A DNA stretch of 45,065 nucleotides from Minisyncoccota bacterium (GCA_036517275.1 DATDXD010000009.1:1-45065), one strand, 5' to 3'; shown: positions 33,923 through 43,491, counted from the first letter of the stretch. Program-made: numbers and translations. Notes: generated by a model not told the origin, from the sequence alone.

Positions 33923-35865
33923 GATACTGTATATTTACTTTGCTGGAACGAAAAACTGAAAAACTTTTGATAGTGGCAGTTACCCCCTCGTTTTTGGAAA
34001 AAGGGGTTTTTCCATATTCCACTGAAATTGCAAAATTGCGTAGCGCAAACCCTTGGTACCAAAGAAATACTTATGTTGTAGAAAAAAATCAGCAAATTCA
34101 ACTTTCACATTTTCTGCGCAAACTCGCCGAATTGGGATATAGCAAGGTTTGGGAAACTTCGCGCAAAGGAGAATTTTCACAAAGAGGAGGAGTGGTGCGC
34201 GTGTTTCCAATTAATGCGGAACAAATTTACACAGTTGAGTTTTCTGGAAATTTGGTGGAAACAATAAACACAGAGGAAATAAAGTCCAAGATCAAGGGGC
34301 AAGAAAAAAAAATTTTTCGTTCCAACCTCCAACTTCCAACCTCCAACTTCCAAATTGGCGATTATGTCGTTCATATTGACCACGGCATTGGAATTTTTGC
34401 TGGTGAAGATCCGCCAACTGGCGGAGATGATTTTGTTCTTGAATACGCAGCGGGAGACAAATTATTTGTCCCAAAAACAGAAACACAACGAATAACGCCT
34501 TATTTAGGACTCAAAACTCCGCGGATATCGCGCTTGGGAACTCCAATTTGGTCCATCACAAAAAAGAAAGCCAAAGAAGATATTGTGGAATTTGCCAAAG
34601 AACTTCTCAAAATTTTAGCTAAAAGAAAATTGGTAAAACGTCCACCTTACCAAACATTTCCAGAGCAAGAAGATGAGTTTGTGGCAAATTTTGAACACAT
34701 TGATACACCCGACCAGCAAAAAGCCATTCTGGAAATTTTTTCCGACATGGAAAGATCTGTTCCAATGGACAGGGTTTTAACAGGCGATGTGGGATTTGGA
34801 AAAACCGAGGTTGCTCTGCGTGCCGCGTTTAAAACAATTTTAAATAACAAACAGGTAGCGCTTATTGCGCCAACCACAATTTTGGCAGACCAGCATTTTG
34901 AGGTCGCCAAAAAACGTTTAGAACAATTTGGGGTAAGCATTGCTAAAGCAAGCCGGCTTGAAGAAAATTATGAAATTAAAAAAATTTTTGAAAAAGCCAA
35001 AAATGGAAGTCTGGATATTTTGATTGGAACACACAAACTTTTGGGAAAAGGTTTGGAGTTTAAAAATTTGGGACTTTTGATAATAGATGAGGAACAAAAA
35101 TTTGGGGTCGCCCACAAAGAACATTTTAAAAAAATAAATCCGGTAATTGATATTTTGACGCTTTCAGCCACCCCAATCCCGCGCACATTGAGCCAAGCAC
35201 TTTCAGGAATTACAAACATTTCACGCATAGAAACCCCGCCTTTGGGAAAAATGACAGTACAAACATATGTTCTGCCAAAAAATAAAAAAATTATAAAAGA
35301 CGCGATAAAATACGAACTTTCCCGAAACGGACAAATTTATTTTTTGGCAAACAGAATTCACAAGATGCCCCAAATATTAGAAGAAATAAAGTCGCTCAAA
35401 ACAAAAGTGAAAGTCGGAATACTGCACGGCAGGATGGGAGAAAAAAATATTATAAAAACCATGCATGACTTCAGAGAAAAAAAATTCAACCTTTTGCTTT
35501 CAACCACAATTATAGAAAATGGTTTGGACATTTCCGAAGCAAATACTTTGATTGTTGAGGACGCCACAAAACTCGGACTCTCGCAGGCGCACCAGCTTAG
35601 AGGAAGAATCGGCAGAGGAACAAAAGAAGCGCACGCGTATTTTTTGTATCCAACACAACACCTCAAAGAAAAAGCCGCTCTGCGCCTTGAAGCGCTGGAA
35701 AGATATTCTTGGTTGGGAGCAGGAATTGAAATAGCAAAACAAGATCTTGAAATACGCGGAGCGGGCAACATTTTGGGTAAAGCTCAAAGCGGAGTCGCAT
35801 ACAAAGTCGGACTCAATCTATACTTCCAACTTTTGGAAGAAACAATTAAAGAGTTGGGGTCTTAG
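33907..35865 (+). CDS. mfd: Transcription-repair coupling factor (Mfd), short form
   Basis: 652 aa. UvrB-like N-terminal piece (GEFSQRGGVVRVFP). CarD/TRCF RNAP-interaction domain (IGDYVVHIDHGIGIF...GDKLFVP). SF2 translocase motifs GDVGFGKTEVA, IIDEEQKFG, LSATPIPRT and the TRG-like LSQAHQLRGRIGRG. The protein ends shortly after the translocase. The TTG start is uncertain. Confidence 0.85.
   Translation: MKTKSRYCIFTLLERKTEKLLIVAVTPSFLEKGVFPYSTEIAKLRSANPWYQRNTYVVEKNQQIQLSHFLRKLAELGYSKVWETSRKGEFSQRGGVVRVFPINAEQIYTVEFSGNLVETINTEEIKSKIKGQEKKIFRSNLQLPTSNFQIGDYVVHIDHGIGIFAGEDPPTGGDDFVLEYAAGDKLFVPKTETQRITPYLGLKTPRISRLGTPIWSITKKKAKEDIVEFAKELLKILAKRKLVKRPPYQTFPEQEDEFVANFEHIDTPDQQKAILEIFSDMERSVPMDRVLTGDVGFGKTEVALRAAFKTILNNKQVALIAPTTILADQHFEVAKKRLEQFGVSIAKASRLEENYEIKKIFEKAKNGSLDILIGTHKLLGKGLEFKNLGLLIIDEEQKFGVAHKEHFKKINPVIDILTLSATPIPRTLSQALSGITNISRIETPPLGKMTVQTYVLPKNKKIIKDAIKYELSRNGQIYFLANRIHKMPQILEEIKSLKTKVKVGILHGRMGEKNIIKTMHDFREKKFNLLLSTTIIENGLDISEANTLIVEDATKLGLSQAHQLRGRIGRGTKEAHAYFLYPTQHLKEKAALRLEALERYSWLGAGIEIAKQDLEIRGAGNILGKAQSGVAYKVGLNLYFQLLEETIKELGS
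34304..34355 (+). repeat. Low-complexity slippery tract inside mfd: A9T5 followed by 5 tandem heptamers TCCAACY
   Basis: A9 at 34304-34312, T5 at 34313-34317, then TCCAACC TCCAACT TCCAACC TCCAACT TCCAAAT at 34321-34355, encoding SNLQLPTSNFQ in the linker before the CarD-like domain. Confidence 0.9.
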
Positions 35866-36961
35866 GAGTTCCGTCTTTGCCCAAAAATGAAAGAGATAAT
35901 TTTTTGAGGTCTGGTTGAAATACGGCGATTTGGAAAAAATATTTTTCGCCAGTCTTTACCATATCGCGCATTTTTTGTTCAGATTCAAATTCTGAAATAT
36001 GCGAAAGACCATAGATACCGCTTTCCAAAAGCACAAGCGCGCCAAATTTATTGAGACGCAAAACTTTTCCTTCCACAATATCTCCCTTTTTATGTTTGTC
36101 GCGTCCCACAGTCCAAGGATCCGGCAAGAGAGCTTTTATGGACAAGGATACCTTGTCCCCATCTATGGCAATAATTTTTGCCTTCTTTTTTTCTCCCACC
36201 TTAAACATTGAAATTGGATTTTCCACAAGCGCCCAATCAAGTTCCGAAATATGCGCAAGACCCTCAAGCCCGTCTTCCAGTTTTATAAACACCCCAAACT
36301 CCACAACTCCGGTAATCTCGCCTTCCACCACATCGCCAATTTTATATTTTTCCACCATTTTTTTTACATCTTCAGACAAAATTCCTTTTTCAGAAAAAAT
36401 CAATTTTTCTTCTTTTGGATTTAAATCAAGTACTACCACCGACATTATTTCTCCAATAAGTTTTTTTAATTCTTCTGAAATTTTTTCTTTGTCTCCTCCT
36501 TCAACTTTTGGATAGTGCGCCGCGCTCAATTGTGATGCAGGCAAAAAACCTTTCACTCCTCTCCACTCCAAAACAAGACCTCCTTTATTTGAATCAACCA
36601 CCTTAAGATCAAGGGCATCTTGTGATTCCTTGAGGGTAGCTGCCTCCTTCCATAAAACGTCGGAACCAGCTTCTTTTATAGAAAGTTCTGTAAGACCATT
36701 TTCGTTTTCAAGCTCAACGATTTTTCCTGAAATTTTGTCTCCAACTTTTAGTTTTTTTATAATGTCTTTCGCGTTTTGAAACTCCTTTCCAAAAACCACA
36801 CCCATTCCTTTGTCATTCAAATCTATATATAAATTTGTACCTCGCTTTTGAAGCACCATTCCTTCCGCGAGATCGCCCACGCGCAAAAAAACCTTAGGTT
36901 TGGCCTTCAAAAGTTCTTCCATTATTGTGTTTTTCTTCTCCGTTTCCATTAAAACAGTCAT
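35846..36961 (-). CDS. S1 RNA-binding domain protein (ribosomal protein S1-like, 4 S1 repeats)
   Basis: 371 aa with four repeats of the S1/OB pattern (e.g. GDLAEGMV...GMGVVF, GDKISGKI, GDVVEGEITGVVEFGVFIKL..GLEGLAHISEL, GDIVEGKVLRLNKFGALVLL..GIYGLSHISE). Confidence 0.8.
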   Translation of the reverse strand: MTVLMETEKKNTIMEELLKAKPKVFLRVGDLAEGMVLQKRGTNLYIDLNDKGMGVVFGKEFQNAKDIIKKLKVGDKISGKIVELENENGLTELSIKEAGSDVLWKEAATLKESQDALDLKVVDSNKGGLVLEWRGVKGFLPASQLSAAHYPKVEGGDKEKISEELKKLIGEIMSVVVLDLNPKEEKLIFSEKGILSEDVKKMVEKYKIGDVVEGEITGVVEFGVFIKLEDGLEGLAHISELDWALVENPISMFKVGEKKKAKIIAIDGDKVSLSIKALLPDPWTVGRDKHKKGDIVEGKVLRLNKFGALVLLESGIYGLSHISEFESEQKMRDMVKTGEKYFFQIAVFQPDLKKLSLSFLGKDGTPKTPTL

Positions 36962-37017
36962 TGTTCACTATTATATTGATATTTAAAATTTTATCAACCT
37001 CTGATAATATAATCCGT

Positions 37018-37590
37018 ATGGTTATCACATATTATGGAATATCGTGTTTTAAAATCCAAAGCGGGGACACAGTGCTTGCTGTAGATCCTTTTGGCAAAGA
37101 GGCGGGACTTACAATCCCCCGTTTTGAGGCTCAAGCTGTAATTTCAGCGACACCCCACGCAAATTATCCGGAGGATAAAATTTTTAATATCGCAGGTCCC
37201 GGAGAATATGAATTTAAAGGAATATATACAAAAGGAATCGCGGTATCTCCCAAAAATACAATATATGTAATCAGCTGGGAGGGCATGAAAATCGCGCACA
37301 TGGGAAAATTTTCAGAAAAAGAATTGAAATCGGAAATACAAGAACAAATCGGAACTCCGGATATTTTATTTATTCCCGTGGGTGGAGAAGATGTAATAGA
37401 TGAAGAAAAGGCGGTGAAAATAATAAATCAAATTGAACCGCGGATAGTAATACCAATGTGCTACAAAAAGCCGGATGATTTCTTAAAAGAAATTGGAGAA
37501 AAAGTAGCGCCCGAAGAAAAACTTACAATCAAAAAAAAGGATCTTCCAAATGCGGAAGATACAAAAGTAGTCGTATTGAAAACTCCGTAA
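37018..37590 (+). CDS. MBL-fold (UPF0173-like) hydrolase homolog, apparently lacking the His motif
   Basis: About 190 aa. The N-terminal ITYYGISCFKIQSGDTVLAVDPF resembles ITWLGHACF...DP of MBL-fold proteins, but I could not see an HxHxDH motif. The start is chosen at Met32 because TGA-TAATAT lies 7 nt upstream. Confidence 0.5.
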   Translation: MVITYYGISCFKIQSGDTVLAVDPFGKEAGLTIPRFEAQAVISATPHANYPEDKIFNIAGPGEYEFKGIYTKGIAVSPKNTIYVISWEGMKIAHMGKFSEKELKSEIQEQIGTPDILFIPVGGEDVIDEEKAVKIINQIEPRIVIPMCYKKPDDFLKEIGEKVAPEEKLTIKKKDLPNAEDTKVVVLKTP

Positions 37591-37799
37591 TGAGTGTTTG
37601 GCATAAATTAGACAATATGCGCAACAAGCCCGAGCCAGCAAGGCAAGCAGTTGCCTTGCTTATCGCGATAATAATTACGGCAATAATTGTTGGAATTTGG
37701 TTTTCTTTTAGAACTTTTTTTCAATCCCCTCCTGCAACACAAAACACACCATCGCCTTTTTCAATTTTGTGGAGTTATATCAAAAGTTTTGGAGAATAA
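37590..37799 (+). CDS. Small hypothetical membrane protein
   Basis: 69 aa with one TM segment (VALLIAIIITAIIVGIWF). Its start overlaps the previous stop (TAATG). Confidence 0.4.
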   Translation: MSVWHKLDNMRNKPEPARQAVALLIAIIITAIIVGIWFSFRTFFQSPPATQNTPSPFSILWSYIKSFGE

Positions 37800-37802
37800 A
37801 AA

Positions 37803-37840
37803 CCACTTAGGAGTCGGATTCCTAAGTGGTGAATTTTTTT
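37803..37840. terminator. Bidirectional intrinsic terminator
   Basis: CCACTTAGGA-GTCGGAT-TCCTAAGTGG followed by TGAATTTTTTT, between convergent genes. Confidence 0.75.
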
Positions 37841-38198
37841 ATAATTCCGACATGGTAGATTGAAAATCAGTTTCGGTTGTCGCCCACTTTATGTTTTTGG
37901 CTTTTTCAAAAAGTTTAAAAATTTCTTCGTCTAAATCATCTGCATGCCGGTTTTGGTATCTGGCAACCATTTTTTCAATAATAATCATGAAAGCCCTGTC
38001 CTTTTTGCCTTCCAAAGAATCTGACACCATCTGAATATTGTGAGAGTTTTTGATTAAGTCAGCCAAACGGTCGCCCTGTTCGTCCACACCCTCGGCAATA
38101 AATTCTAAAGCCAACGCCAGATTAAAATTTGAAACCTTATTATTATAAAGAGCGTTATCTCGAAAACAACTTTGAACTTTTTTTGTTGTTTTTCCCAT
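37839..38198 (-). CDS. Hypothetical all-alpha protein
   Basis: About 119 aa starting at MGKTTKK, with a strong SD GGGAGGAAGG just upstream. No family recognised. It contains an RYQNRH (Rx4H) motif. Confidence 0.5.
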   Translation of the reverse strand: MGKTTKKVQSCFRDNALYNNKVSNFNLALALEFIAEGVDEQGDRLADLIKNSHNIQMVSDSLEGKKDRAFMIIIEKMVARYQNRHADDLDEEIFKLFEKAKNIKWATTETDFQSTMSEL

Positions 38199-38316
38199 TC
38201 CTTCCTCCCTTTTCTTCAAATTTTTGGACTTGAACTCCGAGATAAACTTAGCATACAAGTTTCGGGTTTGTCAATATCACACCAAAAAATCTTTTGTGTT
38301 ATAATTTTTTTATTCT

Positions 38317-40785
38317 ATGGCTAAAAACAAGGAGACTGAAAAAGAAAATATATCAGAAGTTGGTACTCTGGAACCACGAGAGATTGTTGAGGAAATGAAG
38401 GAATCATATTTGGATTACGCGATGTCAGTAATTGTGGCGCGCGCTCTTCCTGATGTCAGAGACGGCTTAAAACCTGTGCACCGCAGGGTGCTTTTTGCAA
38501 TGCATGAAATGGGACTTTCGCACCAATCCAAAACCAAAAAATCCGCGACAGTTGTGGGAGAAGTTATGGGCAAGTACCACCCACACGGCGACACCGCCAT
38601 TTACGATACCCTTGTCAGAATGGCTCAAGATTTTTCTCTGCGTTATCCGCTTGTTCAAGGACAAGGAAACTTCGGCTCAATAGATGGCGATTCCGCCGCC
38701 GCAATGCGATACACCGAGGCAAAAATGTCCGGCATTGCTTCTGAAATGCTGCGCGATATTGAAAAAGAAACAGTCAATTTTGTTCCAAATTACGATGGCA
38801 CCAAACAAGAACCGGCTGTTTTACCTTCGGCAATTCCAAATCTTCTTTTAAACGGTTCAATAGGCATAGCAGTTGGTATGGCAACAAATATACCTCCGCA
38901 TAACCTTACCGAGGTTGTAAGCGCCACGCTTCATCTTTTGCACAAACCAAAAACAACAGTAGAAGATTTAACTGAATTTGTAACTGGACCGGATTTTCCA
39001 ACGGGAGGAATGATTTTTAACAAAAAGGAAATTTTGGAAGCGTATACCACAGGACGAGGAGGGGTAGTAAACAGGGGTGAAGCGGAAATTATAGAACGCA
39101 AAAACAGCGAATGGCAGATTATTATCACCTCGATTCCCTATCAAGTAAATAAATCGGAAATGATTAAAAAAATGGCCGACTTGGTGCATGAAAAAAAGTT
39201 AGAAGGAATAAGAGATATTAGAGACGAATCCGACAAAGACGGTCTGCGCATAGCAATTGACCTAAAAAGAGATTCCTATCCTCAAAAAATACTAAATAGT
39301 TTATACAAACACACGGAACTTGAACGAACTTTCCATTTCAACATGATCGCGCTTGTGGACGGAATCCAACCGCAAACATTATCACTTAAAGGATTTTTGG
39401 AAGAATTTATAAAACACCGCAGAGTAATAATTGAACGCCGTGCGCGATTTGATTTGATGCGCGCACAAGAAAGAGAACATATACTTTTGGGTCTCAAAAA
39501 GGCGCTGGACAAAATTGACGCGGTAATACAAACAATCAAAAAATCAGAAAGCAAAGAAGACGCGCATAAAAATTTGATAAAAAAGTTTGACCTTTCGGAC
39601 AAACAAGCCACAGCAATTTTGGAAATGAGACTTTCAACTCTTGCCGGTCTTGAAAGGCAAAAAATAGAAGATGAGCTCAAAGAAAAACAGCGTTTAATCC
39701 GAGAACTTAAAGCCCTTTTGGGAGACCCTAAAAAAATAGACGAGGTTTTGGAAAAAGAACTCATAGAAGTGAAAGAAAAATATGGTGACCAGAGAAAAAC
39801 AAAAGTAATTGCCGGAGCCGCCAAAATAATTTCAACGGAGGACTTGGTGCCGGAAGAAGAAACAATTTTAATACTCACTCAAGGGGGATACGTAAAAAGA
39901 GTAAAACCCGCTGAATACAAAATCCAAAAACGCGGAGGCAAAGGAGTTATTGGTGTTACCACAAAAGACGAGGATGTGCCTTTGGAATTTATTTCTGGAA
40001 GCACTCACGCGGGACTTTTATTCTTTACCAACAGCGGAAAAGTTTTTGAAACCAAAATGTACGAACTTCCGGAAGGTACTAGACAATCCAAAGGAAAATC
40101 AATTGCCAATTTCCTTTCTTTGTCTGCGGATGAAAAAGTAACCGCAGTGCTTGCCGTACCCAAAGGAAACAAGGGAATAAAAAACTTTGTAATACTCGCA
40201 ACCCAACAGGGCATTATTAAAAAAGTGGCAGCGGAAGATTTTGCGGATGTCAGAAGATCCGGAATCAAAGCCATCAATCTTCAAAAAGGCGATGGTTTGT
40301 ATTGGGCAAAAATTATATCTACCGGTGAAGAAATTTTAATCTCTACAAGTAGGGGGCAGGCCATAAGATTTAAAGAAAAAGACGCAAGGGCAATGGGCAG
40401 AACGGCAAAAGGGGTACGTGCTATAAGACTTAAAAAAGGCGATGAAGTTGTTGGCATGGACGTTATCCCACAGGAAGCCAAAAAATTTGAAGTGCTTGCG
40501 GTTTCAGAATTGGGATATGGCAAAAAAACGTCTCTTACCCAATACAAAGTTCAGCGTAGAAGCGGTTCTGGAGTTAAAACAGTAAAAGTAACTCCGAAAA
40601 CTGGAAATTTAATTTTGGCTCAAATAGTTTGGGAGGACAAAGAGGAACTAATTGCGATTTCCAATAACGGACAAGTAATCCGCACAGCGCTTTCGCAAAT
40701 TCCATCACTTTCGCGCGCCACACAAGGGGTGCGAATAATGCGCCTAGAATCTGGGGACAAAGTAGCTTCGGTGGTGCTATTATAG
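38317..40785 (+). CDS. gyrA: DNA gyrase subunit A
   Basis: 822 aa with motifs [19 protein letters not shown], catalytic Tyr in AAMRYTEA, and a C-terminal beta-pinwheel with repeated G.G...L motifs. Confidence 0.97.
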   Translation: MAKNKETEKENISEVGTLEPREIVEEMKESYLDYAMSVIVARALPDVRDGLKPVHRRVLFAMHEMGLSHQSKTKKSATVVGEVMGKYHPHGDTAIYDTLVRMAQDFSLRYPLVQGQGNFGSIDGDSAAAMRYTEAKMSGIASEMLRDIEKETVNFVPNYDGTKQEPAVLPSAIPNLLLNGSIGIAVGMATNIPPHNLTEVVSATLHLLHKPKTTVEDLTEFVTGPDFPTGGMIFNKKEILEAYTTGRGGVVNRGEAEIIERKNSEWQIIITSIPYQVNKSEMIKKMADLVHEKKLEGIRDIRDESDKDGLRIAIDLKRDSYPQKILNSLYKHTELERTFHFNMIALVDGIQPQTLSLKGFLEEFIKHRRVIIERRARFDLMRAQEREHILLGLKKALDKIDAVIQTIKKSESKEDAHKNLIKKFDLSDKQATAILEMRLSTLAGLERQKIEDELKEKQRLIRELKALLGDPKKIDEVLEKELIEVKEKYGDQRKTKVIAGAAKIISTEDLVPEEETILILTQGGYVKRVKPAEYKIQKRGGKGVIGVTTKDEDVPLEFISGSTHAGLLFFTNSGKVFETKMYELPEGTRQSKGKSIANFLSLSADEKVTAVLAVPKGNKGIKNFVILATQQGIIKKVAAEDFADVRRSGIKAINLQKGDGLYWAKIISTGEEILISTSRGQAIRFKEKDARAMGRTAKGVRAIRLKKGDEVVGMDVIPQEAKKFEVLAVSELGYGKKTSLTQYKVQRRSGSGVKTVKVTPKTGNLILAQIVWEDKEELIAISNNGQVIRTALSQIPSLSRATQGVRIMRLESGDKVASVVLL

Positions 40786-40789
40786 AAGA

Positions 40790-41296
40790 ATGTCTCAAGA
40801 ATCATTTTTAAACCCAGATACAATTGTGGATGAATGGGATGTTCGTCCGGGGGAGGTTGTTGCCGACTTTGGCGCGGGTTCCGGATTTTTTTCCGTAGCT
40901 TTGGCAAAACGAGTTGGATACGCGGGAAAAGTTTACGCTTTGGATATTAGAGAGGAGGCGCTGGAAGCTGTTCGCTCCCGAGCAAAATCATTTAGACTTT
41001 TAAACATTGAAACAATTAAAGCGGATCTTGAACGCGAACGCGGTTCAACTTTAAAAAATGAAACAATGGATAAAATTGTAATCTCAAATATACTATTTCA
41101 AGCTGTAAACGGCCAAAGTATAATAATAGAAGAAGCGCGCAGAATATTAAAACCAAACGGATTGGTTTTTGCGATAGAATGGAAAGATAAAATAAAAAAA
41201 GAAGAAACTGAAAGATTATTTGAACTCGCGGGATTTAAAAAACACAAAGAATTCGTCGCGGGCTCGCATCATTATGGAATTATTTTTAAGAAATAG
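40790..41296 (+). CDS. Class I SAM-dependent methyltransferase
   Basis: 168 aa with SAM-binding motif I VVADFGAGSGFFSVALAK, post-I DIRE, and motif LKPNGLV. Confidence 0.75.
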   Translation: MSQESFLNPDTIVDEWDVRPGEVVADFGAGSGFFSVALAKRVGYAGKVYALDIREEALEAVRSRAKSFRLLNIETIKADLERERGSTLKNETMDKIVISNILFQAVNGQSIIIEEARRILKPNGLVFAIEWKDKIKKEETERLFELAGFKKHKEFVAGSHHYGIIFKK

Positions 41297-42607
41297 GTGT
41301 TGGAAGCTATGAATATCAACAAACTGCAAATAATATTAATCGGGGGGGCGGTGTTTTTAACGCTTATTGTTGTTTTAATTTTTTCCGGAGTTCTTCCGGG
41401 ACTAAAAGACAATACGCAAGAATCCGCAACACTTGAACTTTGGGGTTTTGACGACGATAGGGTTTGGGATCAAACGCTTCGCGCCCACAAAGATGAAAAT
41501 CCAAAAATAACCGTAAACTACAAAAGAAAAACTTTAGAAAACTTTGAGACGGAACTTTTAAACGCGATTGCCCGCGGAGATTCTCCGGATATTTTTATAC
41601 TTCCGTCCGAATATTTAAAAAAATTTGAGGACAAAATTTCTTCCGCTCCCCCAATTTTGATTACCGAGCGAGAAGTAGAACAACAATTTGTGGAATCAGC
41701 AAAACAGTTTCTAACGCCCCAAAAAAAAGTTTTGGGAATACCTTTATACGCGGATCCTTTGGTCCTTTACTGGAATAAAGACATATTTACACGAGAAAGC
41801 ATCGCTTTACCACCAAAAACTTGGGACGAGTTTCTCCAAATATCCCAAAAAATAACCAAAAAAGACAATGCCGGAAATATTACAGTTTCAGGAGCCGCGC
41901 TTGGGAGGGCAAAAAATATAAAAAACGCCCCAGCAATTTTAACGGCGCTTTTTTTGCAGTCGGGAGAAAAAATTATAAATGAAGAAAATGAAGTTGTGTT
42001 GGGTGAAAGCGTGCGCACCGGAGAAGTCAGCTTGCGCCCCGCGGAATCCGCTTTGAGATTTTTTAGCGAGTTTGCCGACTCCGGCAAAACATCGCATAGC
42101 TGGGTGTCTTCCCTACCAGAAGCGGAAGATTTGTTTCTTTCCGGAAAATTGGGAATGTATATTGGATTTTCTTCAGAATACGAGCAGATGCGCAAAAAAA
42201 ACCCACACACGGCAATAGGCATGGCGCATCTACCTAACCTTAATTCGGAAAAAGCAACATACGGATCAGTTTTCGCGCCAGTAGTTCCTTTGGCTTCGCA
42301 AAACTACACGGCATCGTGGCAATTTATAAAATTTTTAACTTCAAAGGAAATATCCAAACTTTTTTCTGACTCCCAAATGAGCGCTTCCCCCAGAAGAGAC
42401 TTATTTTCTTCGTATCAAAGTGATTCTGTTCGTTCGGTTTTCGCAGAAAGCAACTTATCGCTTAAAAGTTGGCCAAATCCAAATCCAACAAAAACAAACG
42501 CAATATTCTCTGAACTTATGGAAGATATGGCTCGGAAAATTGACACAATGCGGGCGCTTCTTACAAAAGCTGCGAATAAAATTAGAGAAATAAACAAAAC
42601 AAGGTAA
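41297..42607 (+). CDS. Membrane-anchored extracellular solute-binding protein (ABC SBP family 1-like), orphan
   Basis: 436 aa with an N-terminal TM anchor instead of a lipobox. The pattern LELWGFDDD...SPDIFILPSEYL...YWNKDIF...PKTWDEF is typical of sugar-type SBPs. No permease or ATPase is adjacent. The real start may be the ATG at 41309. Confidence 0.65.
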   Translation: MLEAMNINKLQIILIGGAVFLTLIVVLIFSGVLPGLKDNTQESATLELWGFDDDRVWDQTLRAHKDENPKITVNYKRKTLENFETELLNAIARGDSPDIFILPSEYLKKFEDKISSAPPILITEREVEQQFVESAKQFLTPQKKVLGIPLYADPLVLYWNKDIFTRESIALPPKTWDEFLQISQKITKKDNAGNITVSGAALGRAKNIKNAPAILTALFLQSGEKIINEENEVVLGESVRTGEVSLRPAESALRFFSEFADSGKTSHSWVSSLPEAEDLFLSGKLGMYIGFSSEYEQMRKKNPHTAIGMAHLPNLNSEKATYGSVFAPVVPLASQNYTASWQFIKFLTSKEISKLFSDSQMSASPRRDLFSSYQSDSVRSVFAESNLSLKSWPNPNPTKTNAIFSELMEDMARKIDTMRALLTKAANKIREINKTR

Positions 42608-43479
42608 TGCAAGAATCTTTAGCGCAACTTGTCACTTGCGGAATTGGTGAAGGCACAACATTTAAAGCCTGCACAATTTGCGATATTTGGGTTTTGGCAG
42701 ATAAAATCGTGAACTTTGTCTGGTTTTTGGCAACTCCAATTTTAATAATTATACTTATTGTTGGCGGATTTATTTATTTAACTTCTGGCGGAAATCCAAA
42801 AAAAACCGAGCAAGCAAAATCACTCCTTACTTCCGCGATTGTTGGAATTGTAATTTCCCTCGCTGCGTTTTTGATTGTGGATACGATTTTAAAAACATTG
42901 GTTCGTCAAGACTTCACATGGCCTTCGTGGAATACAATAACCACAAGTAGCTGCCCCAAGCCTCTTGAACCCACACCAGTTGATTTGTCTAAATTACCGA
43001 AGCCGATAATTTTAGGAAACGCCGGAACACTCGCATCAGAAGAAGAAGCCAGAAACGCACTTGAAGGATTTTCAGGAGTCGGAGAACGGGTAAGTATCAA
43101 TAAAAGACCTTGCGCTTGCTCCTTGCGAAACGATCCGCGATGCGCCGACTGCACAAATACCGCCGGTCTTCCCGCAAGCACGATTAACTATCTTCGTTTA
43201 CTTCAAGAATACTGTGCTTCGGGACAAATTTTAAACTGCAAATTTGTTCTTTCCGGCGGAACAGAATCTCATCTTCATTCCGAAAACACAAGACACGCCC
43301 CGGGAAATACAGTAGTTGATGTGGTGCCAAACACGCAAACCCAAGCAATTTATCAAGCGCTTATTAGTGCGGCGCAAAATATAACCACAACCGCAAGATG
43401 CGAAAACAGAGACAGTGAGACAATATCAACTTGTGCCGTACCTTCAACAAACCATATTCATTTTGAATTTAGACGGTGA
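42607..43479 (+). CDS. VirB2/TrbC-like (T4SS-pilin-like) membrane protein fused to a Cys-rich C-terminal domain with an LAS/M15-like zinc-peptidase motif
   Basis: 290 aa. The N-terminal roughly 100 aa have two TM helices flanking YLTSGGNPKKTEQAKS, like the three downstream paralogs. The C-terminal roughly 160 aa have about 9 Cys, RHAPGNTVVD (H-x7-D) and NHIHFEF (HxH). The start overlaps the SBP stop (TAATG). Confidence 0.5.
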   Translation: MQESLAQLVTCGIGEGTTFKACTICDIWVLADKIVNFVWFLATPILIIILIVGGFIYLTSGGNPKKTEQAKSLLTSAIVGIVISLAAFLIVDTILKTLVRQDFTWPSWNTITTSSCPKPLEPTPVDLSKLPKPIILGNAGTLASEEEARNALEGFSGVGERVSINKRPCACSLRNDPRCADCTNTAGLPASTINYLRLLQEYCASGQILNCKFVLSGGTESHLHSENTRHAPGNTVVDVVPNTQTQAIYQALISAAQNITTTARCENRDSETISTCAVPSTNHIHFEFRR

Positions 43480-43491
43480 TATAATATCCCT

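Noticed and set aside
34321-34355. Tandem repeat considered as a mini CRISPR-like or satellite array.
   Set aside because: The units are 7 nt with no spacers, and the tract lies inside a coding region. It is reported instead as a slippery coding repeat.
36925-37017. N-terminal 31-codon extension of the MBL-like ORF, and similar extensions of the track ORFs at 17797, 11865, 18505, 28803, 32472 and 38258.
   Set aside because: The extensions overlap divergent or upstream genes or promoter elements. They begin at non-ATG codons or lack signals, whereas internal ATGs have SD or -10 context.
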